Program-made: the position numbers and the translations under genes
Assembly (NCBI GenBank): GCA_964016885.1
Contig: OZ024743.1
Span: 190,216,001-190,280,000, forward strand
From: Eledone cirrhosa
Lineage: Eukaryota
Length of the DNA stretch: 64,000 nt
Reading direction: 5' to 3'
Shown: in pieces, positions 38,865 through 50,843 of the stretch
Layout of the letters: each line of letters opens with the position of its first letter
Numbering within the stretch: the stretch's first letter is position 1
The notes under the pieces: generated by a model
Told to the model about the DNA's origin: nothing
Seen by the model: the letters and a program-made list of their open reading frames with translations, nothing else
Databases searched by the model: none

Positions 38865-40043
38865 ATAAATAATGAAAAGTGTTCCTTATATTGCTCGGAA
38901 AGAGTTTTTGGGGGTTAAATCCACATCAAGGTTCATTGCTCGCAAAAATAGCTTGTGTTGATTTTGCAGCAGGTCAAGGGAGGTAACTCCGGCCGGTGTT
39001 AGGGCAGTCTTTCCCGGACAATTTTTTTTTTTTTTTTTTTGCCGCATGTTTGTCTGAGGCTGGGTCTGGTATGCAAGGATTGTTTCCTGGGTGTTATTTT
39101 GCAGCGCCTGCCCGCCGGGGTGTTAAGACTTGTTGCAGGGAGATCGGGTGTACAGTTTCACTCCTCATCCTTAACCCATCTGAAGAAGGATATTTTTAAG
39201 CGATGTGTACAACTTATCGCTGTTTCAGCTCTGCTGTTAATGAGCTCGTGGGGTGCAGTTATGATGTGGTAGAGCTCCATGAGGCAAAGATCGCATTTCC
39301 TCTTGAAGTTGTACGGTGCAGCCCTACCGAAATCTCCAAGTGCGTGGAGAAGCTGATGTTTAAGTCCTTTAGTGATGTGATGTAGTCCGCGAGCGAAGTG
39401 GAGTGCCTTAGTTTTCTATTTGTGAAAGAGTGGAGATGTGTTCGAAACCTAATTTTGAACGGGCCGGAGGTAGCCCCTATATAATGTTTAACGCTATTGT
39501 GGCTAGTAATAGTGCATCTTTATATAACCCTATCAGTCAAGCAGTATCCTCTAAGGGGGCAGCGTCCTCTGTCGCGGCAGTTGCAATTTCTGTCGCGGTT
39601 CCGTCTATTTCCCACGGTAAGGCTATCATTGTTACTGCCTACGTTGTTACCTACGCTATCGCAGCTGTCGTTAGCACCATTACAACCCACAGCACGCGGG
39701 GTGGTGCGATTGTTATTCCGCACGTCATGTCCTGCATGTTCCCCAGTTATTTCGCGGTTATGCTGGTTGCGTCTGCGGATGCCGTTGTCAACACTATTGG
39801 ATGCTGCCAGGGAGTTGTTAAGGCCGATATAGTTATTATCAGGTGTAGGTGCGTCTGTGTCGAGGTGCTGTGTCTTGGTGATCTTACTGTGGTTCGTTGT
39901 TCCTATGATGTCTGCTAGGTTAGGAGTAGTAGAGAAGGATATTTTATATTGTTCCTGTTAAGAATTTTTCTATATCTATGGTTGGGCGGGAAGTTCTTCT
40001 CTAAGGCTTCGAAGAACATCCGGGGTATGTTGGAGGCCACACT

Positions 40044-41933
40044 ATGTTGGAGAACCAGCCGTTACCCATGTCTCTCAAGTGTATCCCTTTACCCAGCAGA
40101 AAAACCTACCTTAAACTAGTTATAGACACTACTAATTCGTTTATACGGAGATGGAAGGCCTACCACCTGGATAAGAACATCCGTAACCTTCCTGAACCCA
40201 AAGAGAAGTATGGCTTCAAAACATACCGAAACCCACCGCACAACACCTTACTGGACTCCTTTGAAGAGGACCTGCTGAAAATGATCAAAAACGTTAAGTT
40301 CAGAAAGAAACACCGATGCAGCAATCCATTCTTAACGTCCCTTGATACACTAATAACTAAGATCAAGAATGACCCGCACCTCTTCGTCACCTCCGACAAA
40401 ACCAAAAAGCTGTACAAGATGGACGCGAGTAAGTATAAAAAATTAATCTATAAGGAACTACACAAAGATTACAAAAAGACACCCTCTAGTACCCTAAATG
40501 ACATAAATAGAGTAGGGAAGGATATAGTCACCAGCTTAGAAATAGAAAAGTACACTAACCCGTACGTCCCTCTGACGCCTAAATTATCTCTTAAGGATCA
40601 CAAATATGACTTTAATGAAAGCCCCTCTACATCAGATATAGGTAAGATTAGTAAAGTGATCCTCGACAGAGTACTACTGGAGCTTAATAGAAAGGCTAAG
40701 GTCTGCCTCTGGGGCAACACCGACCAGGTCATAAATTGGTTCACCGAGTTGCCGGATAAAGCCACCTTGAAGTTCATCCAGTTTGACATAGATAGTTACT
40801 ACGCCTCTATCTCCCCCATACTCTTAAATAAGGCACTTATCTTAGCTAGATCTAATACTAGCCTCACTAAAAAAGAAATAGACATAATTCTAGCGGCGCG
40901 TAGAACCATTATCCAGTTCGAAGGCTCCCACTGGACCAGAACCAACCGTCCTGTTAACTTCGATGTCACGATGGGGTCCAGTGACTCATCGCAAGCAACT
41001 GACCTGCTCGGGATATACCTCCTACATAAGCTTAGGGAAGAGATACCGGCCCTACAAGGAGGTGTATATAGGGACGACGCCCTGTTTACCGTTAGGAACC
41101 ATAGCCCCCGTAGGATAGAGAACCTTAACAAACATATACACAGGTTCTGCAAGTCATACGGCCTATCCGTAACTATGGACCTCAACCACAGGGTTGTCAA
41201 CTTCCTGGACGTGTCCCTGGAGTTGAGTACGGGCTTATACAAGCCATACCATAAGCCTGGAGAGTGCCTCTCTTATATTAATTATGCCTCCAACCACCTT
41301 AAGCAGACTCTCAACTCCATAGTCTATAGTATCTCACATAGAATCTCGAGGCTATCCGCCAATGAGGATATCTTCAACCAAGCGGCGGATTACTACAATA
41401 GGGCCTTGATAAGCGCCGGCTTTAACCGAGGAATTTCATACATCCCTAACGCTAGCTCTAGAAACCACCCCCTTCATAAAACGAACGTTATAGTAAGCCA
41501 TACCTATAATCGATCACGCGGAGACCTCGTTGAAGTCGGATATAATAGAATGGATAACCGCACTAAAGATCACGACCCCGGCGACGGTGAACACAGTAGA
41601 TTACTCGAACTATTCCCCTATTACAAAACCAACAAAGTCGACGGCCTACTACCCACGCCTTCGAACCAACATCTTCGTGTACATAAACATGGAAGAGGTA
41701 GGAAGAGTGCACCCGAGCATAAAGTGAAAGGGGCACCGAACGGGCGACTGCGATTTAACACACATAAGAGCGGTCACCTAGATGGAACCACCCGTAGCAA
41801 AAGTACAAGGACACGTAATCGCCACCATAACGTCCTATGGTTCTACCCACCCACCCTACTCTCGGAGTGTGGCCTCCAACATACCCCGGATGTTCTTCGA
41901 AGCCTTAGAGAAGAACTTCCCGCCCAACCATAG
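40044..41933 (+). CDS. PLE reverse transcriptase (open 629-aa frame, frameshifted before the endonuclease)
   Basis: SLKCIP, SDKT, LKDHK, FIQFDIDSYYASI, FDVTMGS, GVYRDD, VNFLDVSLEL, YKPYHKP. Confidence 0.88.
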   Translation: MLENQPLPMSLKCIPLPSRKTYLKLVIDTTNSFIRRWKAYHLDKNIRNLPEPKEKYGFKTYRNPPHNTLLDSFEEDLLKMIKNVKFRKKHRCSNPFLTSLDTLITKIKNDPHLFVTSDKTKKLYKMDASKYKKLIYKELHKDYKKTPSSTLNDINRVGKDIVTSLEIEKYTNPYVPLTPKLSLKDHKYDFNESPSTSDIGKISKVILDRVLLELNRKAKVCLWGNTDQVINWFTELPDKATLKFIQFDIDSYYASISPILLNKALILARSNTSLTKKEIDIILAARRTIIQFEGSHWTRTNRPVNFDVTMGSSDSSQATDLLGIYLLHKLREEIPALQGGVYRDDALFTVRNHSPRRIENLNKHIHRFCKSYGLSVTMDLNHRVVNFLDVSLELSTGLYKPYHKPGECLSYINYASNHLKQTLNSIVYSISHRISRLSANEDIFNQAADYYNRALISAGFNRGISYIPNASSRNHPLHKTNVIVSHTYNRSRGDLVEVGYNRMDNRTKDHDPGDGEHSRLLELFPYYKTNKVDGLLPTPSNQHLRVHKHGRGRKSAPEHKVKGAPNGRLRFNTHKSGHLDGTTRSKSTRTRNRHHNVLWFYPPTLLSECGLQHTPDVLRSLREELPAQP

Positions 41934-42720
41934 ATATAGAAAAATTCTTAACAGGAACAATATAAAAATATCCTTCTCTACTACTCCTAACCTAGCAGAC
42001 ATCATAGGAACAACGAACTACAGTAAGATCACCAAGACACAGCACCTCGACACAGACGCACCTACACCTGATAATAACTATATCGGCCTTAACAACTCCC
42101 TGGCAGCATCCAATAGTGTTGACAACGGCATCCGCAGACGCAACCAGCATAACCGCGAAATAACTGGGGAACATGCAGGACATGACGTGCGGAATAACAA
42201 TCGCACCACCCCGCGTGCTGTGGGTTGTAATGGTGCTAACGACAGCTGCGATAGCGTAGGTAACAACGTAGGCAGTAACAATGATAGCCTTACCGTGGGA
42301 AATAGACGGAACCGCGACAGAAATTGCAACTGCCGCGACAGAGGACGCTGCCCCCTTAGAGGATACTGCTTGACTGATAGGGTTATATAAAGATGCACTA
42401 TTACTAGCCACAATAGCGTTAAACATTATATAGGGGCTACCTCCGGCCCGTTCAAAATTAGGTTTCGAACACATCTCCACTCTTTCACAAATAGAAAACT
42501 AAGGCACTCCACTTCGCTCGCGGACTACATCACATCATTAAAGGACTTAAACATCAGGTTCTCCACGCACTGGGAGATTGTCGGTAGGGCTGCACCGTAC
42601 AACTTCTAGAGGAAATGCGATCTTTGCCCCATGGAGCTCTACCACATCATAACTGCACCCCACGAGCTCATCAACAGCAGAGCTGAAACAGCGATAAGTT
42701 GTACACATCGCTTAAAAATA
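41860..42720 (+). pseudogene. PLE linker + GIY-YIG endonuclease with stop codon
   Basis: IKISFSTTPN, CNCRDRGRCPLRGYCL, VI*RC...YIGAT..FKIRFRTH..SF. Confidence 0.85.
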
Positions 42721-43046
42721 TCCTTCTTCAGATGGGTTAAGGATGAGGAGTGAAACCGTACACCCGATCTCCCTGCAACAAGTCTTAACACCCCGGCGGG
42801 CAGGCGCTGCAAAATAACACCCAGGAAACAATCCTTGCATACCAGACCCAGCTTCAGACAAACAGATGCGGCAAAAAAAAAAAAAAAAATTGTCCGGTAA
42901 AGACTGCCCTAACACCGGCCGGAATTACCTCCCTTGACCTGCTGCAAAATCAACACCAGCTATTTTTGCGAGCAATGAATCTTGATGTGGATTTAACCCC
43001 CAAAAACTCTTTCCGAGCAATATAAGGAACACTTTTCATTATTTAT

Positions 43047-43086
43047 GCCCTTGAGAAACCCAACTGGGCGAAACGTACGTAGGTGC
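43047..43086 (+). ncRNA. Minimal hammerhead, U3-A8 core
   Basis: GCCC-TTGAGAA-ACCC/AACT/GGGC-GAAA-CGTACG-TA-GGTGC; stem III ACGTACGT. Confidence 0.6.
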
Positions 43087-43577
43087 TGTTTTAAATAAAC
43101 ATGTTTTAACGGTCTATTCTCCGATTTTTTACTTTCCCACGTGCTTACGCTCTGCTAACTCTCTAGCCCACTAAATATTAACACTTCGAATATTTAATAC
43201 TGCCGGCATTAGTATCGAGCACCTTTGGCATACGCTACTTGGCAAACAACTATATGTACCACCTATCCTCCCCTTTTTTATCTCTTTCTCGATACGTAAA
43301 TACTGTATATATATATATATATATATATATATTAGTTTTGCGAGGTTTTTGATATGAAATCGTGTGTCGAAACAAATATTGTTATACTTGGGGAGGGTCC
43401 TATTTGTGTAATAATATTGCCAGAATTAATAACAGAACACACTCACTGTTTGGTTGGTTTTCGCTTCTGTGTCTTTTATATCGGTTAATTTAATTTATTC
43501 GGTCCTCAGTGTTACCATGGACTGACCAGCGGTCAAAATTACAGATACAATATAGACATAAATACATATATATAGTC

Positions 43578-43624
43578 TAACAAAGTTCTTTCGTTGCACA
43601 TCTGCAACATCGTCAGTGGTGCTA
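43578..43624 (-). ncRNA. Minimal hammerhead in PLE terminal repeat
   Basis: CTGACGA-T-GTTGCA/GATG/TGCAAC-GAAA-GAAC-TT-TGTTA; stem I imperfect. Confidence 0.6.
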
Positions 43625-46600
43625 TTATGTTTCCTCCCGTTGTATTGTATGCATACGCCATCTTTATTTAGTCTGTTTATTTATTTATTTATTTATCTCC
43701 TATGCGCATGCGTTTGCGTGTGTGTGTAGTGTTTGATGTGTGTTCGTGTTTGGGTGACTGTGTATTGGTTATTGTATTCTATCTTAGTTTACTAGTGTAT
43801 GTTTATATGTGTTTGTTGTTATTGTGCTTGTGTATGTATTTATTTATTTATTTATTTATTTACACTTCTCTTAGGTCAGTATTGTCTGTTTGGGTGTTGT
43901 TGTTATTCCATTCATTTTTTCTGTTTAGCCTTGGCCTTCTAAGTTCTATTTCGCTGGCCTCTCTGATTTACCTATTTACTGGGTCATTTCTATGTTTAGA
44001 TATTATTCTAATTTCTATGTTGTCTATGTTACCGTCGTGTTGTTGTCTGGCATGTTCGTAGATTACTTAACCGTTTTTTCGTCGTTTTAGTTCCCCCCAG
44101 TGTTGGTTTATCCTCTCACCTATGCTACGAGCTGTCTCGCCTATGTATGTTGTTTTCATGTTTCTGCAAGTACCCTCTGTACATATTATGCTATAGACTA
44201 CGTTTCTAGTTTTACAGTTTATCCGGGGGTTTACTTTACATATAATACATTTCCTATTAGTACAGTGGGTTTTCTTAAAATGGTGGTTTTGCTGATCAGG
44301 GATTTTATGGTGGTTCCTAGCTTTTCTACCACCTTAATCTTAAAGTGGGTCTTTCTCAGGGCCTTTCTACACTGGTTAGCTAATTTCCCTACAGGGGTAG
44401 CGTCCACAAACATGACACTCTGGTATCTCTGGTTGTCGTAACATAAGGTGGCTTTCTCTATCTTATGTCTAGTCCTATCTAAGCTATTCCATGATTTGCT
44501 CCTGTATAATGGGAAAATTCCTTTCATGTCCAGTTCTATGAGGGTCTTATACTTCTCCGTGGCTCCTTCGTATACTCAGATCCTGTCTCTATGGTTGTAG
44601 CCAGAGAACTGCATGCAGTTGATGAAGTGTTGGATGTGTCTTTCCATTTCTGTTGGGTCGCACATGCGGGACACGTTCTTCATCACTCGTACCAAGTCTG
44701 TGATCAGAATATTTAACTTAGCACTACTGGACATTGCTGAGTTTTTGAGTATCAGGTATTTGGAGGCCATTGGTTTAGCATAGTGTGAGTGGAGAATTTG
44801 GGCTCTCTCGTCTATAGTGTTAATCTAGAGTTCCGTGTCTAATACAGGTAGTCTATTGTTAGGGTGTTTGGAATGGTAGTCGATAGTTACAGTTATACTC
44901 TGGTGTATGGAATTAGCTATCTGCTGGACGCTTTCCATTGTGCTACGTTCTGAATCAAACTCGTTAGTACTCTCTTGTGGGGATGTCCTTATTACTATAT
45001 TGATGTCGTCTACGTAACGAGAGTACATGATGAAGTCTATGGATCTCTCATCAAGGAGATCTTTGAGTCTCCTTTCCCACCATACCATAAAAAGGTGGCA
45101 ACGTCACCAGCTATGCTGACGCCAATGGCTGCTCCCTCATTTTGGGTGTAGATCTTCTCATTGAATTTGAATATGTGGCCCTTTAAGGTAGTTTTGATAC
45201 TAGCCCCTATTGCATGTGTGACCATTTTTCTTACCTGATCATTGTTTTGGGGGGTCCGTATAGCTTTGGTCCACCCAATCCCCCTTCCAACGGGAGTATT
45301 TTTTGCCATTGCCTCTTATCTGTCTACTGGGGCAGAAACGTCTAAGGTCATGGCTGTCTAAGAAGTCAGTGACGTAGGTAAGTCTAAGTAGGAGGCCCAG
45401 TTCGTCTGTGTCGACGTCGCAGAAATCCACCTCACTCTTAATGATCATGTCCATACATTTTCCACAGCAAAATCAATGTTAATGGATGGGTACCGTGATA
45501 CCACATCCATACTGCCTATTATGCAGTTGGATAGGTTTTTGTTTTTGTTGCACTCACTGATTCTGCTGAGGAGGTCCTCTATACTGTCACATACATCTGG
45601 GGACATCTTGATTATGGGGCGTATAACCATTGAGAGGAAGAAGGAGATCCTGTAGTTGCTAGCTATATTTGATCCGCATACAGGTCTTGTTGGTTGTACT
45701 GTTGTCGGGTCGTCGAGTGTCTTGTGGTCTTTGCGGAGCCCATAAAAGGGTGGTATGCAATTGTTAGACGCCTGGAAGTTGTTGGCAGTGCGTCTGATTA
45801 GCTTTAGGATGTCGGTCCACATCAGCATTGAGCGTTGATGATTTTCTGTGCAAATACATGATGGGAGAGAGAAAATCCTCAACGCTCACATGATGTGGAC
45901 CGACATCCTAAAGCTACAACCAAAGAGACAGACTCAGAGTATACGAAGGAGCCACGGAGAAGTATAAGACCTCATAGAACTCGACATGAAAGGAATTTGC
46001 CCATTATACAGGAGTAAATCATGGAATAGCTTAGATAGGACTAGACATAAGATAGGGAAAGCCACCTCATGGTACGACAACCAGAGATACCAGAGTGTCA
46101 TGTTTGTGGATGCTACCACTGGAGGGAAATTAGCTAACCAGTGTAGAAAGGCCCCAAGAAAGACCCACTTAAAGATTAAGGTGGTAGAAAAGCCAGGAAC
46201 CACCATAAAATCCCTGATCAGCAAAACCTACCCTTTTAAGAAAACCCACTGTACTAATAGGAAATGTATTATATGTAAAGTAAACCCCCAGATAAACTGT
46301 AAAACTAGAAACGAAGTCTGTAGCATAAGATGTACAGAGGGTACTTGCAGAAACATGACAACAACATACATAGGCAAGAGAGCTCGTAGCATAGGTGAAA
46401 GGATAGACCAACACTGGGGGGAACTAAAACGACGAAAAAAATTGGTCAGTACTATACGAACATGCCAGACAACAACACGACGGTAACATAGACAACATAG
46501 AAATTAGAATAATAACTAAACATAGAAGTGACCAAGCAGATAGGCAAATGAGAGAGGCCAGCGAAATAGAACTTAGAAGGCCATGGTTAAACAGAAAAAA

Positions 46601-46880
46601 TGAATGGAATAACAACAACACCCAAACAAACAATACTGACCTAAGAGAAGTGTAAATAAATAAATAAATACATACACAAGCACAATAACAACAAACACAT
46701 ATAAACATACACTAGTAAACTAAGATAAAATACAATAACCAATACACAGTCACCCAAACACGAACACACATGAAACACTACACACACAAACGCAAACGCA
46801 TGCGCAGAGAAGATAAATAAATAAATAAACAGACTAAGTAAAGATGGCGTAGGCATATAATACAACGGGAGGAAACATAA

Positions 46881-46927
46881 TAACACCACTGACGATGTTG
46901 CAGATGTGCAACGAAAGAACTTTGTTA
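46881..46927 (+). ncRNA. Minimal hammerhead in inverted PLE arm
   Basis: Same motif as 43578-43624. Confidence 0.6.
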
Positions 46928-47121
46928 GACTATATATATATTTATGTCTATATTGTATCTATATTTTTGACCGTTGGTCTGTCCATGGTAACATTGAGGA
47001 CCGAATGAATTAAAGTAACCGATATAAAAGACACAGAAGCGAAAACCAACCAAACAGTGAGTGTGTTCTGTTATTAATTATTAATTAATATTATTACACA
47101 AATATGACCCTCCACAAGTAT

Positions 47122-47160
<39 letters not shown>

Positions 47161-47286
47161 GTAGGAGGTGAGTTTTATTGTAGTACAATAAAGCAATGCA
47201 GATATCGGATAAGTAGCACTCTACAGTTTGTAGGACTGGAGTATAAATAATATATAAGATCAAAAGATGGTTAAAAGAGTTCCATG

Positions 47287-47357
47287 TATTTTATTATGCG
47301 CATTTCAAAAACAAATATCAACATGCGATGACATTTGCGTTTTCGTCTGATAAAATA
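47287..47357 (-). ncRNA. Hammerhead (core mutated to CAGACGA)
   Basis: Inverted copy of 49558-49628. Confidence 0.6.
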
Positions 47358-47971
47358 GGGAGACATGATATGAAGGTTAAAAAACACTTATGAATAGTGC
47401 AGTTTTAAATCAACATATAAAAAGTAGTTTTAGATTGATGTGTGATATTGGGAAAAAAATTGAGGGGGATGGAAAGGATGAAAAAGAGGAGGAGATGAGA
47501 GTAAAGAATGGAGGGGGGGGAGTATAATAAGGAAGTATAATAAGGAGTATAATAAAGCTCGTCTTTATAATCATCATTCGTCTTTTAAATACCAACTTAA
47601 AAGAACCAACACGGCACTCTCAGAACTCATATGGTCATTGAAAGACAAACATATTAACTATAACATCTCTTGGAGGAAGGTTTGTTCTGCTTCTCCATAC
47701 TTGAATGCCTCTCTATCCAAGACATGTAATCTCTGTTTATGTGAGAAATTTACCATTATATCTAATTTAGATTCTATAATAAATAGACGCACTGACTTGT
47801 TTTCTCTCTGCTTGCATAAATTCCACAGAACATTCCATAAAGTATACAGCTAATATCTAATACTTTACCAATTTAAAATCCTTTTTCTCAAAGGCACATT
47901 TATATATACATATATATTTCTTTAAAAATATACCCATCTTTCTACTTTATTTCAATGTTATTTATTATACA

Positions 47972-48656
47972 CTAGCAGTAAAGCCCGGCGTTGCTCGGGG
48001 TCGCTCAGTAGCTGTGTTAAAGTTACAATGTTAAGTTTCTTTTTTGGCTTAAAAACTGTAGTGTCTACTGTGCAGACTTGCATGTGGTGTTTTTGATTAA
48101 TATTCCCTCAACCAACAATATGCCTTATGAAGTTAAGAAAACATAACGATAACCCGAATGTTATAACAAAAGAGGAAATATTTGCTTGTTTTACGTAGTC
48201 TTTAAATAGACTTGTTTTCAAGTAAAAATATTGTTTTAAAAGGCTTTTAAATGGAAATGAAGCAAAACGGAAGCTTAGTGTTCGAACTGATGAATTTTGC
48301 AGGTCAAAATTTTGCTGGCTCGACAACTGTTCGTGTATTGTGTTAATATCATTTTAAATGCTGAGAAAGCCAGTGTAATTTTTTTAATTTTTGCACGCAG
48401 AAAACGTAAACAGAACGTAAGACGCTCAATGTAAACAGAACAAAGGGAAATAACTCGTCACTTACGCTCAAAAATCGATACATTAGATTCGATTTCGTCA
48501 CATAGGGTGGGTCAATTTGAAATATTTTTTTTCCGATGTCTTCGCTAGGGCTCAATGTACAAGTATAGCAATTTCGGTTGAATTCCGTCAGAGATTCTAA
48601 GAGGAGATGTGTGCCAAAAATCGATAGACAGACAACCACAGCTTTATATATATAGA
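47972..48656 (-). mobile_element. Non-autonomous Helitron
   Basis: Minus strand A|TCTATATATATAAAG ... CCCGAGCAACGCCGGG hairpin, then CTAG|T; canonical 5'-TC / CTAG-3' ends in an AT target. Confidence 0.85.
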
Positions 48657-49557
48657 TTATAAAATACTAGTTACTCATTCTATATCACTCCTATTTATCA
48701 CTTCCCTATCTTCCTTTTTTTCCTTTTTTCTTTTAATTTTTAACCTCTAATCTGTACCTTTTCTTCCTAGATACTTCTCAATTCTCATTATTACTCACTA
48801 CAATATATCCACTCTTTTTTCTACCATCCTATCACTGGCCATAAAATTTACTATTACCCTTTTAAATACTTTATAGTATCACCTTGAAAAATCCTTCGTA
48901 AACATAAACATTTTTTTTTGACATTAGATTATCCATCCTCAATTCATTATTTTTTTCTCCCTTTCATGCTCATCTAACTTCTACATATTACACATATTCA
49001 TCCACTCTTCTACTTCTTTTCACAATATATCCTTAATTACATTACTATTTTTATTTTTTTTTTTAATAATACATATCAACAATTTCTTTCCATCGCACAT
49101 ATTATTAAACCCTTCAATATTCAAAGCTTAACTTAATATTATTCTTAATACATATTAACAATTTCTTTTCATCGCACATATTATTAAACCCTTCAATATA
49201 CAAACCTTAATTTAACATTATTCTTAAATTTTTCTCTTCGTTAATTTTCAAATTCTTTTAATTTATATATTATCTTCCAACGGTGTTTTAACCTCTCTCT
49301 GTAAAACAATATATTTTTCTCAGTTATAAAAGTTATCTCTCTCTCTCTCTATCAGCCATCTCTCCTCCTATCTCATCCTTCCTTATTATGCTCAACCCCC
49401 TCCATTCGTTACTCTCATCTCCTCCTCCTTTTCATCCTGTCCACCCCCCCCTCAATTTTTTTCCCAATATCACACATCAATCTAAAACTACTTTTCATAT
49501 GTTGATTTAAAACTGCAGTATTCACAAGTGTTTTTTAACCTTCATATCATGTCTCCC

Positions 49558-49628
49558 TATTTTATCTGACGAAAACGCAAATGTCATCGCATGATGATAT
49601 TTGTTTTTGAAATGCGCATAATAAAATA
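49558..49628 (+). ncRNA. Minimal type I hammerhead
   Basis: TATTTTAT-CTGACGA-AAACGCAAATGTCA..TGATATTTGTTTTT-GAAA-TGCGCA-TA-ATAAAATA; perfect 8-bp stem I; stem III ATGCGCAT. Confidence 0.82.
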
Positions 49629-49658
49629 CATGGATCTCTTTTAACCATCTTTTGATCT

Positions 49659-49689
<31 letters not shown>

Positions 49690-49894
49690 AGTATGTACAA
49701 GTACATACATATATGTATACAGACGTACAGTAGTATGTATATATGTATACATACATGCACACTTATATATATATGTATGTATGGATTCACCAAACATTTA
49801 TTATAATACTCGGTGTGTTTGTAAACAAACATCCCGTATTAAGCCGTAGTGACCAGCAACCATCGTTGCTCGTTTGTTTAACACTGACAAAGGA

Positions 49895-49937
49895 ACGCTG
49901 TACTAGTTTCAAGCTTATTAGCTATCGTCAGCAACGT
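49895..49937 (-). ncRNA. Minimal hammerhead (422-bp family)
   Basis: Same fold as 32226-32268; loop II reads AATA. Confidence 0.8.
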
Positions 49938-50486
49938 ATACCTTCCTGCCAGATTGTTGAACGTATATACTTACCTTATGCATATTAACGGCTGAGAAGC
50001 CCAATTTGCATATCGAGTGGGTTAATCAGCCGGGTGCACCGAGAACGATAAACGGAAAAAATGAAACGAAATTTCATTCCCCACTCTTAGTACGGCTGTT
50101 ACTTAAATATAAGTATGTACACGTACATACATATATGTATACAGACGTACAGTAGTATGTGTATATATATACATACATGCACACATATATATATATGTAC
50201 GTATGGATTCACTGAACATTTATTATAATGCTCGTATTAAGCCGTAGTGTCCAGCAACCATCGTTGCTCGTTTGTTCAACACTGACAATATAAGTATGTA
50301 CATGTACATACTTATATTTAAGTAACAGCCGTACTAAGAGTGGGGAATGAAATTTCGTTTCATTTTTTGCGTTTATCGTTTTCGGTGCACCCGGCCGATT
50401 AACCCACTCGATATGCAAATTGGGCTTCTCAGCCGTTAATATGCATAAGGTAAGTATATACGTTCAACAATCTGGCAGGAAGGTAT

Positions 50487-50529
50487 ACGTTGCTGACGAT
50501 AGCTAATAAGCTTGAAACTCGTACAGCGT
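50487..50529 (+). ncRNA. Minimal hammerhead (422-bp family)
   Basis: ACGTTG-CTGACGA-TAGCTAATAAGCTT-GAAA-CTCG-TA-CAGCGT. Confidence 0.75.
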
Positions 50530-50793
50530 TCCTTTGTCAGTGTTGAACAAACCAGCAACGATGGTTGCTGGACACTACGGCTTAATACGGGATGTTTGTT
50601 TACAAACACACAGAGCATTATAATAAATGTTCGGTGAATCCATACGTACATATATATATGTGTGCATCTATGTATATATATATACATACTACTGTACGTC
50701 TGTATACATATATGTATGTACGTGTACATACTTATATTTAAGAAACAGCCGTACTAAGAGTGGGAAATGAAATTTCGTTTCATTTTTTCCGTT

Positions 50794-50843
<50 letters not shown>

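Larger units (their letters stand above)
38769..43305 (+). mobile_element. Penelope-like element with a ~1.27-kb inverted 5' copy of its 3' end
   Basis: 38769-40043 is the reverse complement of ~41867-43143; RT ORF 40044-41933; GIY-YIG 42320-42720; flanked by (TA)n. Confidence 0.93.
43331..47128 (-). mobile_element. Penelope-like element of a different clade, disabled, with ~1.2-kb inverted arms
   Basis: RT fragments PPFYGLRKDHK, TRPVCG, GSMDVVSRYPSI, QNEGAAIG, SRYVDD, LPVLD; GIY-YIG (CTNRKCIIC..NCK..YIG) in both arms; 43375-44580 is the reverse complement of 45934-47128. Confidence 0.9.
47160..49668 (+). mobile_element. Short decayed PLE (GIY-YIG tail) with inverted ~280-bp terminal arms
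   Basis: TALSELIWSLKDKHINYNISW..ASPY..CNLCLCEKFTII..INRRTDLFSLCLH at 47610-47850; 47250-47530 is the reverse complement of 49385-49665. Confidence 0.8.
49685..50797. mobile_element. Second locus of the 422-bp HHR unit: tandem block followed by an inverted block
   Basis: 49685-50288 is co-oriented with 31957-32862; ~50300-50797 is inverted; flanked by (TA)n. Confidence 0.85.

Noticed and set aside
39430-39918. 162-aa and 111-aa ORFs duplicated at 41992-42480
   Set aside because: Antisense frames of the PLE linker/endonuclease within the inverted arms.
48280-48320. CTGATGA followed by an ATTTTG/CAAAAT hairpin inside the Helitron
   Set aside because: Lacks GAAA, a cleavage triplet and stem I.
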